Shown here: positions 8,744-17,546 of the stretch, in pieces
Numbering within the stretch: the stretch's first letter is position 1
How the letters are laid out: every line of letters begins with the position of its first letter
The notes under the pieces: model-generated
What the model was told of the DNA's origin: nothing
Databases searched by the model: none
Seen by the model: the letters and a program-made list of their open reading frames with translations, nothing else
IMG/VR virus record: IMGVR_UViG_3300027541_000218
Coordinates: 9,824 to 73,823 of that record
DNA: 64,000 nucleotides
DNA from: a virus
Reading direction: 5' to 3' (one strand)
Made by a program: the position numbers and the translations under genes

Positions 8744-9771
8744 ACCTAGGAATAATTGTAAGATCAGATAATACTGGTCTTGGGAATCAAACAAGAGAAT
8801 TAACTTATATGCTAAATCCTACAAAGGTTATGCTTATCAACTCTCATTCTTTTAATAAAAATAAACAGCACCCAGAGTGGTATGATAAATATAATATTTA
8901 TCCTGTAAGGGGTTTTCCAAAGGCTGGAGATATATCTGCATTTCTAAAAGGGCTTGATGTTGTTTTAACCTGTGAAACATTTTATAATAATCAGTTTGTA
9001 GATATTGCTAGAAAGATGGGCGTTAAAACAGTATTGCAATATAATTATGAGTTTTTAGATATGGTTGTTAATCCTAGAATATCTGTACCAGATATTTTGC
9101 TTGGTCCTAGCATGTGGTATTTTGATCATATGCAGGAGTTATTTTCAGATAAAGCAAAAGTTTTGCATTTACCGCCACCAATTGATCACACAAAATTTAA
9201 TGAGGTAAGAAAAGAAAACATGTCTAAAGATCATTTTAGAGTACTACATGTAGGTGGAAAGGCTGCATCTGAAGATAGAAACGGCACTCATTCAGTGCTG
9301 GAAATGTTAAGATACTCAAAAACAGATTACGAACTTGTTATCAAAACCCAAACACATATTAATATTTCTACCAAAGATTCTAGGATTAAGGTGGATCATA
9401 GTGATGAACCAGTTAGAGAAAATCTTTATAAAGGATTTGATTTAGTAATTATGCCAAGAAGATATGCAGGCTTATGCCTGCCAATGAATGAGGCATTAAT
9501 GAGTGGTTTGCCAGTGTTTATGACTAATATATCTCCTAATAACTATGTTTTACCAAAGGAGTGGCTTGCTAATTCTGAAAAAACTGGAACATTAAAAACT
9601 AGAATGATGCTTGATGTGTATTCTGCAGATCCAAAACATTTGGGCAAGATGGTTGATAAATTTATGAATCAAAGAAGTAGATACAAAGATAAAGAACATG
9701 CTTTTGAAATTGCTATGAATAACTTTTCTACTGAAAAACTTAAAGATAAATATATTGATATATTAAAATAA
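8740..9771 (+). CDS. GT-B (GT4-like) glycosyltransferase
   Basis: TGLGNQT; PRRYAGLCLPMNEALMSGLPV. Confidence 0.85.
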   Translation: MNLGIIVRSDNTGLGNQTRELTYMLNPTKVMLINSHSFNKNKQHPEWYDKYNIYPVRGFPKAGDISAFLKGLDVVLTCETFYNNQFVDIARKMGVKTVLQYNYEFLDMVVNPRISVPDILLGPSMWYFDHMQELFSDKAKVLHLPPPIDHTKFNEVRKENMSKDHFRVLHVGGKAASEDRNGTHSVLEMLRYSKTDYELVIKTQTHINISTKDSRIKVDHSDEPVRENLYKGFDLVIMPRRYAGLCLPMNEALMSGLPVFMTNISPNNYVLPKEWLANSEKTGTLKTRMMLDVYSADPKHLGKMVDKFMNQRSRYKDKEHAFEIAMNNFSTEKLKDKYIDILK

Positions 9772-9799
9772 GACGGGTCCATTGCTAGACCCGCCTTAT
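9769..9799. terminator. Hairpin between convergent transcription units
   Basis: AAGACGGGTC-loop-GACCCGCCTT at the strand switch. Confidence 0.65.
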
Positions 9800-9813
9800 A
9801 GTTACTAACTAAA

Positions 9814-10065
9814 TTACTTAGCAGTCTTCTTCTTTGGCTTTGCAGCCTTAAGAGCCTCTTCAACTACAGAAGCCTTTGGCAAACGACCAAATGCTGCATC
9901 GTTAGGATTAATTGCACGTGCTGCTACTGGAATGAGTGCACCAACAAGTGCTGCCCATAGATCCTTTGGATCTGTTACTCCTGCAACGTACAATGCTGCT
10001 ACTGCACCAACAATCGAACGACCATATGATGCAAGCATTGCTTTATGTTTCTTACTTAGTTCCAT
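9814..10065 (-). CDS. Holin-like small membrane protein
   Basis: Two hydrophobic segments, RAINPND..FG, basic tail; AGGAGG SD. Confidence 0.6.
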   Translation of the reverse strand: MELSKKHKAMLASYGRSIVGAVAALYVAGVTDPKDLWAALVGALIPVAARAINPNDAAFGRLPKASVVEEALKAAKPKKKTAK

Positions 10066-10074
10066 GTTTTCCTC

Positions 10075-10233
10075 CTAGGATAGAACCTTTATTAGTATAG
10101 CATAGCCAGCCCACAAGCCAATAATTCCTGCCACCCCTGCAAAAACTGGCGGTGCTGGAACTGGCAACTTGAATGCAGCAAATACTAAACCGCATCCAAA
10201 ACCTGTTAATGTTGATAATATAATATCTTTCAT
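10075..10233 (-). CDS. XapX/DUF1427-like membrane microprotein (not in ORF track)
   Basis: MKDIILSTLTGFGCGLVFAAFKLPVPAPPVFAGVAGIIGLWAGYAILIKVLS*. Confidence 0.75.
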   Translation of the reverse strand: MKDIILSTLTGFGCGLVFAAFKLPVPAPPVFAGVAGIIGLWAGYAILIKVLS

Positions 10234-10439
10234 CCCTTTACCCCCTTACCACTGTCTGGATTTTCTGGATGATCCAATGGAGTTGGTGCGGTACATAGCG
10301 CACCACAGTTATCGCACTGAATATCCAAATGATACATAGCAACCATATAAGTTTCTGGATCAAATGATATTAATGCCCTGAATAAATTTTGTCCACAATT
10401 TGGGCAATCGCAAGTTGGAATACCCCTAGCGTCTATCAT
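10230..10439 (-). CDS. Zinc-ribbon protein
   Basis: CPNCG and CDNCG. Confidence 0.7.
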   Translation of the reverse strand: MIDARGIPTCDCPNCGQNLFRALISFDPETYMVAMYHLDIQCDNCGALCTAPTPLDHPENPDSGKGVKG

Positions 10440-10788
10440 CTATGTTCTCTGGTAAAAGTGTAAGTAACTTATCTGATAGTTCTTTTTTATCAATACTATT
10501 TAACTCTTCAATAACTTCTTTTATAGTTTCTTGAGACCGCTCAATATAATCAAAAGCCCAATCACGAGAATCAGATAAAAATTTAATAAAGTTTTCTTTA
10601 TGAATATCTTGATCTTCTGGAGATGATGCAAAAGACTGGGTAGTTTCAAGTGCTGTTGACATTGAACTATAGGCAACAAGTAGTTGTGCAAATCCATCAC
10701 TTACAGTTTTAAGTTTTTTTACTACAGCAACATATGCAATCATAAAAGATAAAGAAATGATGCTAAGTACAGCCAGTGCGATTTCCAT
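10426..10788 (-). CDS. Membrane-anchored hypothetical protein
   Basis: N-terminal TM segment; FIKFLSDSRDWAFDYIE. Confidence 0.65.
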   Translation of the reverse strand: MEIALAVLSIISLSFMIAYVAVVKKLKTVSDGFAQLLVAYSSMSTALETTQSFASSPEDQDIHKENFIKFLSDSRDWAFDYIERSQETIKEVIEELNSIDKKELSDKLLTLLPENIDDRR

Positions 10789-10789
10789 A

Positions 10790-11722
10790 TTAATTCCTTT
10801 GTCCAAATACTATTGTATCACCAGAGTGGTTATACATTTTTTTAAAGTCTATACCTGTCATTTTTTCATAAAGTTTAATATGCCTATATTTTCCCACACC
10901 AAAAATACCCTCTTCAATTCCACACAACACCTTGCGCTGTTTATCTTTAGATATGTCTTCTAGTTCTTTCCAAGATACCTTACGTATATTACGATCTTTC
11001 CATATCTTGCTATACCCCTCACGAGTATAAAAATGATAAAGAATTGTTATGCAAGGAGAATAAATATCCCATCCTCGTGTCCATGCTCGTACTGCAAAAC
11101 ATAACTCTTCTCCAAAAAATGATATCTCTGGATCATACGGAACTTCTTGTACAATGTTACCTGTGGTAAAAATAAATCCACCTAATACTGTAGTAGATAA
11201 CTCAGGAACATTTTTATTAGTTAGTTCTAATCTTTCAGCAGTCCACTCATTACGCTTAGTAAGTTTTGGTATTTGTTTTGTTGGGTAGGGCAATTGAGTT
11301 TTATTATTTTTTATAATATTAATTGTTTTATTTGTCTCTACATAAAATGGTGGAGGAAAATAAGAAAGAATTATCTTATCATTGTTTGATAATAGTTTTG
11401 CTAACTCATGTTGTTTAATGCATAAGAGATCCCAATGTTTTTCAAACATTGTGTGTGAATCAATTTGTAAAAAATAATCTTGCCCATCATACGATTCCAT
11501 AGCCTTTGCTCTTGCAAAACCAGCACCTCTAGCATACTTAGGATGCATCTTTTGTAGAGAAAGTCTAGGTACCCAAGATAAATCTGGTTCAAACTTTTCA
11601 AACTCTTGAAGAACTACAGAGAAGTATAGTTCTTCTGGATGTGCGGCATTATCAATAGCAGATTTAATAGTTCTAACTAATTCTGGATCTCTATAACTTG
11701 CTATTGATATAAATATGCTCAC
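10790..11722 (-). CDS. GT60-like GlcNAc transferase (Skp1 GlcNAc-T family)
   Basis: IFISIASYRDPEL, LQIDSH, VPYDP, GEE, RAWTRGWDIY. Confidence 0.85.
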   Translation of the reverse strand: MSIFISIASYRDPELVRTIKSAIDNAAHPEELYFSVVLQEFEKFEPDLSWVPRLSLQKMHPKYARGAGFARAKAMESYDGQDYFLQIDSHTMFEKHWDLLCIKQHELAKLLSNNDKIILSYFPPPFYVETNKTINIIKNNKTQLPYPTKQIPKLTKRNEWTAERLELTNKNVPELSTTVLGGFIFTTGNIVQEVPYDPEISFFGEELCFAVRAWTRGWDIYSPCITILYHFYTREGYSKIWKDRNIRKVSWKELEDISKDKQRKVLCGIEEGIFGVGKYRHIKLYEKMTGIDFKKMYNHSGDTIVFGQRN

Positions 11723-12423
11723 TACTTATAAATTTTCTTTGCTCTTTTTGAAGCATAATAGCCATAAAGTTTAGTAAATAGTTTTTCTGACTCAAAGTAT
11801 GCTTTGTTTCTACCAGGATTAGTAAACTCTGATTCCCATGCATCTCGTCTAAATGGAATCATTTGTACCATAGGAGTACCTTTTTCAATAGTACCGCTAA
11901 ATCCTTCTTTAATAAAGAATGGACAATTAATTGATGTTGTTAAAATATCTGTATCAACAACGCCAGGAATTACACGTATTGGTAAATTTTGATATCCAAC
12001 TGGATGTATGAATAATGTTGACCAGCCAGGGGGAGTTATGATATTCCATCCATGATAATATTTAAAAGCGGATGGGCTATAACCATCTGGAACTTGAAAA
12101 CTACTTAACTGATCAGCAGACCATACACTTAATACTTCCTCATCTGTGGTCCACTGAACATATGGAATATTATTTTGTTGTGTAACATATAGGTCAGACC
12201 ATAATGGAAGAATGTATCCAGCAGTTAACATATCTATTGTAGGAGCACACTGCTTTACTGTAATACTTGCTTTTGGATCAAACTTTAACATGTTTTGGTC
12301 ATTTGCATACTTTGGAATGTCTTTCCACCAATCAGGAACCATCTTGGCTGCTGGCACTGGTCTTTCTCTGACCTCATATACATGCTCAGTTTGCGCTTCA
12401 AATGTTATGATATTATTTTTCAT
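11722..12423 (-). CDS. Hypothetical protein, dUTPase-like fold (paralog 2 of 3)
   Basis: KQCAPTIDML, PGVVDTD, GTPMVQMIPFRRDAW. Confidence 0.55.
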   Translation of the reverse strand: MKNNIITFEAQTEHVYEVRERPVPAAKMVPDWWKDIPKYANDQNMLKFDPKASITVKQCAPTIDMLTAGYILPLWSDLYVTQQNNIPYVQWTTDEEVLSVWSADQLSSFQVPDGYSPSAFKYYHGWNIITPPGWSTLFIHPVGYQNLPIRVIPGVVDTDILTTSINCPFFIKEGFSGTIEKGTPMVQMIPFRRDAWESEFTNPGRNKAYFESEKLFTKLYGYYASKRAKKIYK

Positions 12424-12904
12424 TATCTTCCTTTACATGTGTAACCCAATAGTATTTACACGTTGAGCAGCATGGAACATTATATGGACTAAATGTTGCT
12501 GGCTGAAACTGTGCATAATATAGTGGATCCTTATTAAATAAATTTGCTTTATGAGTAGTTACAACACGCATCATTGTATGCTCATTAGTTAACCAGTCTG
12601 GCATTCCTGATCCCCAAGAATCTCCCACTTTAGTAAAAAGTGCTTGTATATTTGCTTCGTTTTTATCTGTCTTGATACCTCTAAGTCTAGCCTCATGTAT
12701 CATTGCTTTAATGTAAATATGCAAAGTTTTCTCAAAACCACGCCACATTTTTACGGCTGGATGATTACGCCATCCACCAGTAGGAGATTGACCCGATAAA
12801 ACATTGAGTATTTGATAGCCTTCTAAAATCTGTTTATTAAGACGCTTAGAGTCTAACATTTGAGCACAGGTAATAAAATTACTAGACGGTAAAAAAGTTT
12901 GCAT
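12413..12904 (-). CDS. Pyrimidine-dimer DNA glycosylase-like protein (MSMEG_6728/DenV family)
   Basis: MQTFLP, LDSKRLNKQILE, WRNHPAVKMWRG, HKANLFNKDP. Confidence 0.85.
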   Translation of the reverse strand: MQTFLPSSNFITCAQMLDSKRLNKQILEGYQILNVLSGQSPTGGWRNHPAVKMWRGFEKTLHIYIKAMIHEARLRGIKTDKNEANIQALFTKVGDSWGSGMPDWLTNEHTMMRVVTTHKANLFNKDPLYYAQFQPATFSPYNVPCCSTCKYYWVTHVKEDNEK

Positions 12905-12910
12905 GATTCT

Positions 12911-12939
12911 AATATACCATTACTGCTTGGATTTGTCAA
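12911..12939 (-). promoter_or_regulatory. Leaderless promoter
   Basis: TTGACA-N17-TATATT, with TG extension, 6 nt before ATG 12904. Confidence 0.75.
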
Positions 12940-13066
12940 TAGGAAATGTAGTTGTACATACAATGCATACTTTATAACTTAATCCTGTAAAAGGGCAAGA
13001 TCCAGCATCTGCTAAATTATGACCCTTTATTTTACATTTAAAATAATTTATAAAATGTTTAATCAT
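12920..13066 (-). CDS. 48-aa Cys/His-rich microprotein (not in ORF track)
   Basis: MIKHFINYFKCKIKGH...CPFTG...CIVC; ATGA overlap with upstream gene. Confidence 0.6.
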   Translation of the reverse strand: MIKHFINYFKCKIKGHNLADAGSCPFTGLSYKVCIVCTTTFPIDKSKQ

Positions 13067-13293
13067 TTAATTACCTCTCTAGTAACTAGCACAATTGCCC
13101 CTTCCATTTCTAAAGCCTTCTTTACCATTGATACATACTTGACTGCATCTAACTTTTCATCATGAGTCATTCGTATAAATGATCTCTCATCTAATTTTAT
13201 CGTAATGAATGTCTCATTGTCAATAAGACTTACCCCAAAGTTTTTAGGAGCGGGTATAGAATGAAATGCCATACGCATTTTATCTGTATACAT
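13063..13293 (-). CDS. Hypothetical protein
   Basis: Start MYTDKM overlaps the WhiB stop (TAATG). Confidence 0.65.
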   Translation of the reverse strand: MYTDKMRMAFHSIPAPKNFGVSLIDNETFITIKLDERSFIRMTHDEKLDAVKYVSMVKKALEMEGAIVLVTREVIK

Positions 13294-13577
13294 TATTGCT
13301 CCATTGTTAGTGCTTGCCAGGTATAAGACCAATCTTTTTTAGTCTTATGATTATTAAATTCTTTAGAGATTTCTCCGCCCTCTAAATATATTCCACCCCA
13401 AATTCCCCACTCTTTGCCAGATACGCCTACTGCAAAACATTTATTAGCAACTGGACATGTTCTACAAAGAGAGTCTACAAATTCTCTTGTTTCAGTTTGT
13501 TCTTCGTAAATATCAAAGAATACATTAGTATCGGATCCTAGACAAAGAGCATCGTCTTTCCACAGATGCTGTTTCAT
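13293..13577 (-). CDS. whiB: WhiB-family transcription factor
   Basis: ALC...LCRTCPVANKC and EWGIWGG. Confidence 0.9.
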   Translation of the reverse strand: MKQHLWKDDALCLGSDTNVFFDIYEEQTETREFVDSLCRTCPVANKCFAVGVSGKEWGIWGGIYLEGGEISKEFNNHKTKKDWSYTWQALTMEQ

Positions 13578-13579
13578 AT

Positions 13580-13789
13580 CTATCCCCTATACTTATTTGG
13601 AATATCCCATCCATTGCGGTTAACTGGATAAATGCGCTGAAGGTACCAGACTCCATTTACTCTAACCCCATTGACGGCAGTACGTGCAGCATCTGATCTT
13701 TTACGATCTGCTACATCCCAACCAATCCAAGAAAGATTATTGTTACGAGCAACAATCTTTTCCATTTTTTCTAAATTTGTTACTATCAT
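13580..13789 (-). CDS. Hypothetical protein
   Basis: In-operon ORF with SD. Confidence 0.65.
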   Translation of the reverse strand: MIVTNLEKMEKIVARNNNLSWIGWDVADRKRSDAARTAVNGVRVNGVWYLQRIYPVNRNGWDIPNKYRG

Positions 13790-13797
13790 ATTTCCCC

Positions 13798-14148
13798 CTA
13801 GTATCTAAAAATTCCAACTTCAATGTTTTTTAGTTCTGCTTCTGCAACAAGTTTAGAAACTGGTTGTTTTGGTTTACTTAAGAATGCAAAATAATTAACA
13901 TAAGTCATATTTTCATAAACCCATTGAATAGGAACTTTATAGTATTTAATTCTTTTTCCTCTTGCCTTCATGCCACGTTCTGAAAGGTTACAGAATTCTG
14001 AGACCATAGAATTAATTCTTGCAGGTCCAGCGGAGTAGATAAAGAAGTCTTGATCATCTTCTTTCATGCTTGACATAGCAACGCCCATAGCACGAATGAA
14101 GACATTATAATCATTAAAGTCACTCGTTCCCTGTACTACTACTATCAT
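13798..14148 (-). CDS. SLOG/YspA-like protein
   Basis: N-terminal VVVQGTSDFNDY resembles the GSRxFxDY motif. Confidence 0.5.
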   Translation of the reverse strand: MIVVVQGTSDFNDYNVFIRAMGVAMSSMKEDDQDFFIYSAGPARINSMVSEFCNLSERGMKARGKRIKYYKVPIQWVYENMTYVNYFAFLSKPKQPVSKLVAEAELKNIEVGIFRY

Positions 14149-14542
14149 CTCTCTTCTTTCCCTTACCTAAATTATCCAATATAAAAAGCATTTTGTCAAT
14201 ATCTTTTTTAGACATATCTGCAGTGTCAACTGGCTTCACACTTTCTGGAATTATGTTTCCATATTGTGTTTCAGCCACATAAAAGATATTATCTTTAACC
14301 CAGTATGCCTTGTCCTCTATAACAATTATTTTTACCATATGTGCTTCTACATGTTTTCTAGACTGTGAAACCACTTCTGGTTTTTTATATAGATTTTTAG
14401 GCATAAAATGTTTTGTTCTCTCATGTATAGATGTTTGGCTATACGTGATACGACCAATATTTTTCATGCTTTTTCTTGTGCTAAGTTTAATTATAGCCAA
14501 AGACAATACAAAAGTCAAGCCTATGGCTAAAATGTATTCCAT
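14120..14542 (-). CDS. Membrane-anchored hypothetical protein
   Basis: N-terminal TM segment. Confidence 0.65.
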   Translation of the reverse strand: MEYILAIGLTFVLSLAIIKLSTRKSMKNIGRITYSQTSIHERTKHFMPKNLYKKPEVVSQSRKHVEAHMVKIIVIEDKAYWVKDNIFYVAETQYGNIIPESVKPVDTADMSKKDIDKMLFILDNLGKGKKRDDSSSTGNE

Positions 14543-14556
14543 CTTATTTCCTACTA

Positions 14557-14724
14557 TTAAGATTTAGTTTTTGTTATTTTTGTTGCAGGCACTGGTTCTG
14601 CTTGGCTGATCATAAGTTTATTAAACCTGATCTGTGTTTGTAGCAATTGAAATTCTGTATCAGATGCTTTCTGACGATAAAAATTAACTAATTGCTTTAG
14701 TTCCTCTACCCCAAGTTCTTCCAT
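14557..14724 (-). CDS. 55-aa coiled-coil microprotein (not in ORF track)
   Basis: MEELGVEELKQLVNFYRQKASD...TKS*; fills the gap and has an SD. Confidence 0.65.
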   Translation of the reverse strand: MEELGVEELKQLVNFYRQKASDTEFQLLQTQIRFNKLMISQAEPVPATKITKTKS

Positions 14725-14727
14725 GAC

Positions 14728-15132
14728 TTACCCCCTTTTTGGACTAAATGCGCTACCTTCCCAGACTTTCTGAGACTTTTTCTTTTCACGCTCTACAATT
14801 GCACGAGACCAAGAGAATCCTGCGTCTCCACCCCATGCATCCCACATAATTCTTCCATTAGATGGATTACTATTATTATAGAAGTCTTTTCCTTTTTTGT
14901 CAACTTCATGACGAGAAAAGAAAGAATACATGCGCTTAACTGTATCTAATGATAATGCACGACCAGCGACAATATCTGTTGCACGACCCCAACCTACTGG
15001 AGTTCCCGCACCTGTTGCTTTACCTTCTTCTTTCCAGCGCAAAGCACGACGTGCTGCTGCTTTCATACCAGAAGTTGGTGTGTATGTTTCTGCTTTGTAC
15101 ATATCTGAAGGCTGAATAATTTTACTTTTCAT
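14728..15132 (-). CDS. Putative head-associated protein; candidate capsid cargo
   Basis: GTPVGWGRA...VKRMYSFFSRHE...WGGDAG domain; ends KVWEGSAF; GGAGAG SD supports the start MKSKII. Confidence 0.65.
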   Translation of the reverse strand: MKSKIIQPSDMYKAETYTPTSGMKAAARRALRWKEEGKATGAGTPVGWGRATDIVAGRALSLDTVKRMYSFFSRHEVDKKGKDFYNNSNPSNGRIMWDAWGGDAGFSWSRAIVEREKKKSQKVWEGSAFSPKRG

Positions 15133-15262
15133 TTTTCTTATACTCTCCATATTTACCAAGAATTGATTTAACTGTTCCATTCTTATTAAGTCTAACAATC
15201 ATGCCATTTTTAATTTGAATGGGGTTAAAAGGATGTTTTGTTTTATATTTGCCAGAAGACAT
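15122..15262 (-). CDS. 46-aa basic microprotein (not in ORF track)
   Basis: MSSGKYKTKHPFNPIQIKNGMIVRLNKNGTVKSILGKYGEYKKNEK*; TAATG overlap. Confidence 0.65.
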   Translation of the reverse strand: MSSGKYKTKHPFNPIQIKNGMIVRLNKNGTVKSILGKYGEYKKNEK

Positions 15263-16479
15263 TATTTTACAAATGGATTTAGATCAAAAATTGATCCAGA
15301 CCAATCTCCCATACCCTTTGTTGCTTTATTACGCCAATCTTCAGGAAGCATATCCATTGCATTTAGTGCACGTGCACGACGAATAATATGTGCTCTTGCA
15401 GCACCATAATCTTTTGCACGTCCAACAGAACGAATTGCATTCATAAGATCTGCACGATTTCCAATTGGGAAAGAACCATCAGGCATTGCTGTTCCAGCCT
15501 CTGCCATTCTTTCACGTTGTCCTCCAGAGAATTCTCTCTTGTCCATGTCAACTCCTTTGTATGTACCACCACGACGTTTGTATTCTTGAACTACCCAGCC
15601 ATTTGCAACTGCAGAAGGATAAACGTCAAATTTATCTTTTGCTGCTTGCACAACTGAAGCATATAGTCTTGGATTTGCTGGTGTTGAACCACTTCTGCGT
15701 GGCTTAATCATATCTTCATAGTTAGGTTTAGCAGCCAATTCTATATCTGCACTATCTTGTCTATCTAATTCAGCATCTTGATATGGTGCATTAGCCATCT
15801 GCGCTTTATTTACAGGCACACAGTTAGGAACCATTCTTCCATCTTTTTCTTTCATGCCTCTTTGCTCATATCCTACCCAACAGGCTTTTGTCATATTATC
15901 CCATTTATCTTCATCTTCATTGTCGGATTGATAAGATTTGCCAATTGAATTATCATAAGCATCCATTGAAGACTGCATTGTTTCTTCTGGAGAAGAACTT
16001 GAAGACATTTCTTCAACAACGTCTCTTGATACCATTAATGATTCAATTTTTACTACTTCAGATGCTCTGTGTGCATGAATATCTTCAGTTGCTTCCCAAG
16101 CACCGTCTTCTTCTTCAAAAATACGAATAGATAATACTGGATCTTCTGGCGTTGCTTCCATTGCATATTCTGAACCTGTTAGTCCATAAGTACCTTCAGT
16201 CATTACAAACTCTACTTGACCAACTTTAATTTCATCTTCTTCGCAAAGAAACATAACATAATCACCTTCAGTGACCATTGCTTTTTCTACACCATTTATA
16301 AATTTTTTAGCCGTACTTGCCCAAATAGCACGAGCCTGTGCTTGAGCCTTAGCCTTAGTTGGATGGCATCCATGTACTGTGCCGTCAGCACTTACAGTTG
16401 GAAATCCTGCACAACCATAAGATCCTTTTTTACCAGCACGGTACCCGCCTGCTGGCTTTCCTTTACCACCTACTGGCAT
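15262..16479 (-). CDS. Modular polyprotein-like protein; candidate capsid cargo
   Basis: Short modules (CWVGY...VPNCVP, YPSAVANGW...YKRRGG, MPDGSFPI) separated by xxK-A/S sites; ends DWSGSIF. Confidence 0.7.
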   Translation of the reverse strand: MPVGGKGKPAGGYRAGKKGSYGCAGFPTVSADGTVHGCHPTKAKAQAQARAIWASTAKKFINGVEKAMVTEGDYVMFLCEEDEIKVGQVEFVMTEGTYGLTGSEYAMEATPEDPVLSIRIFEEEDGAWEATEDIHAHRASEVVKIESLMVSRDVVEEMSSSSSPEETMQSSMDAYDNSIGKSYQSDNEDEDKWDNMTKACWVGYEQRGMKEKDGRMVPNCVPVNKAQMANAPYQDAELDRQDSADIELAAKPNYEDMIKPRRSGSTPANPRLYASVVQAAKDKFDVYPSAVANGWVVQEYKRRGGTYKGVDMDKREFSGGQRERMAEAGTAMPDGSFPIGNRADLMNAIRSVGRAKDYGAARAHIIRRARALNAMDMLPEDWRNKATKGMGDWSGSIFDLNPFVK

Positions 16480-16508
16480 ATAATCCTCCTAGATATACAT
16501 AGATTATA

Positions 16509-16892
16509 TCAGAAGTTTCGCCTCTTCATGAGGCGCTTCATTTCATCCAAAGCCCAGCGGTGATCCTGAGATAATTTAGCCACTTCATTTTTATCAAATG
16601 CTTTATCTGTTAGGGTAACTATAGGCTCATCAGATAACAAATCTACATTTACAAACCCTTTTTCCCACATAGTCATTATCTCAGAATTAACGTGGTTTAA
16701 ATGCTCCCTATATAATTCTGGCATTATGTCCTTTATTTTAGGAGTAAATCCATACAGAAGTTCTCCTGTTGTTGAATCTACCCCAACAACTTCAAGAGCC
16801 TTATTTAAGATAAGATAGTCTATAGCATTTTGATCTTCTGGTATCATATTTTTCCCATCAGGATTGAATATCAGTTTCAGTATTTTTTTCAT
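16509..16892 (-). CDS. Hypothetical protein
   Basis: In-operon ORF. Confidence 0.65.
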   Translation of the reverse strand: MKKILKLIFNPDGKNMIPEDQNAIDYLILNKALEVVGVDSTTGELLYGFTPKIKDIMPELYREHLNHVNSEIMTMWEKGFVNVDLLSDEPIVTLTDKAFDKNEVAKLSQDHRWALDEMKRLMKRRNF

Positions 16893-17142
16893 AATTAATT
16901 AGATCCACCAACTGCTCTCTTGTTTTTCCACCTATTTCTCTTTTTATTTCTATTCCATCATCAAATAAAATAAAAGTTGGAACAGATTTAATGTTAAAAT
17001 TTGCTACAAGTTCTGGATTATAATCTACATCTATAATTTGAAAACCAGCAACTGTTTGATCACGATTTAACTCTTCAACAATTGGTCTTGTACGCTTGCA
17101 TGGTTGGCACCATTCGGCGGTAAAATAATAAATCGTTTTCAT
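16858..17142 (-). CDS. Thioredoxin
   Basis: WCQPC and VPT. Confidence 0.92.
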   Translation of the reverse strand: MKTIYYFTAEWCQPCKRTRPIVEELNRDQTVAGFQIIDVDYNPELVANFNIKSVPTFILFDDGIEIKREIGGKTREQLVDLINYEKNTETDIQS

Positions 17143-17546
17143 TTTCCAGACTTTGCTCTAGCCTTTTTAAGTACATCAAAGTCTTTAATTTTTGTTTCGC
17201 CAAGATATCCCCAAGCATATCCATCATTAATCATCTTATTATTTAATGATTCAGACTCTCCGTTTACATATACCCAGCCAAGAATACGACCATACTTTTC
17301 AGATGAGTCCATCTTTTCTGTACGAATAACTACAGACTTTGCATCTTTTAAATGCTTCTTTAAATATTCTTTTGCTTCTAAACCTAAAGCCTTCTCTGCT
17401 TTGTCTGTTGTACGAGATTCTGGCGTATCAATACCAGCAAGTCTTACACGAGACGCAAACATAATATCAAACCCTAAATCAATAATAACGTCAATGGTGT
17501 CTCCATCAACAACATTTTTTACTTCTCTTACAAAATACTCATACAT
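17139..17546 (-). CDS. Thermonuclease (SNase family)
   Basis: VVDGDT, VRLAGIDTPE, KYGRILG. Confidence 0.92.
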   Translation of the reverse strand: MYEYFVREVKNVVDGDTIDVIIDLGFDIMFASRVRLAGIDTPESRTTDKAEKALGLEAKEYLKKHLKDAKSVVIRTEKMDSSEKYGRILGWVYVNGESESLNNKMINDGYAWGYLGETKIKDFDVLKKARAKSGK

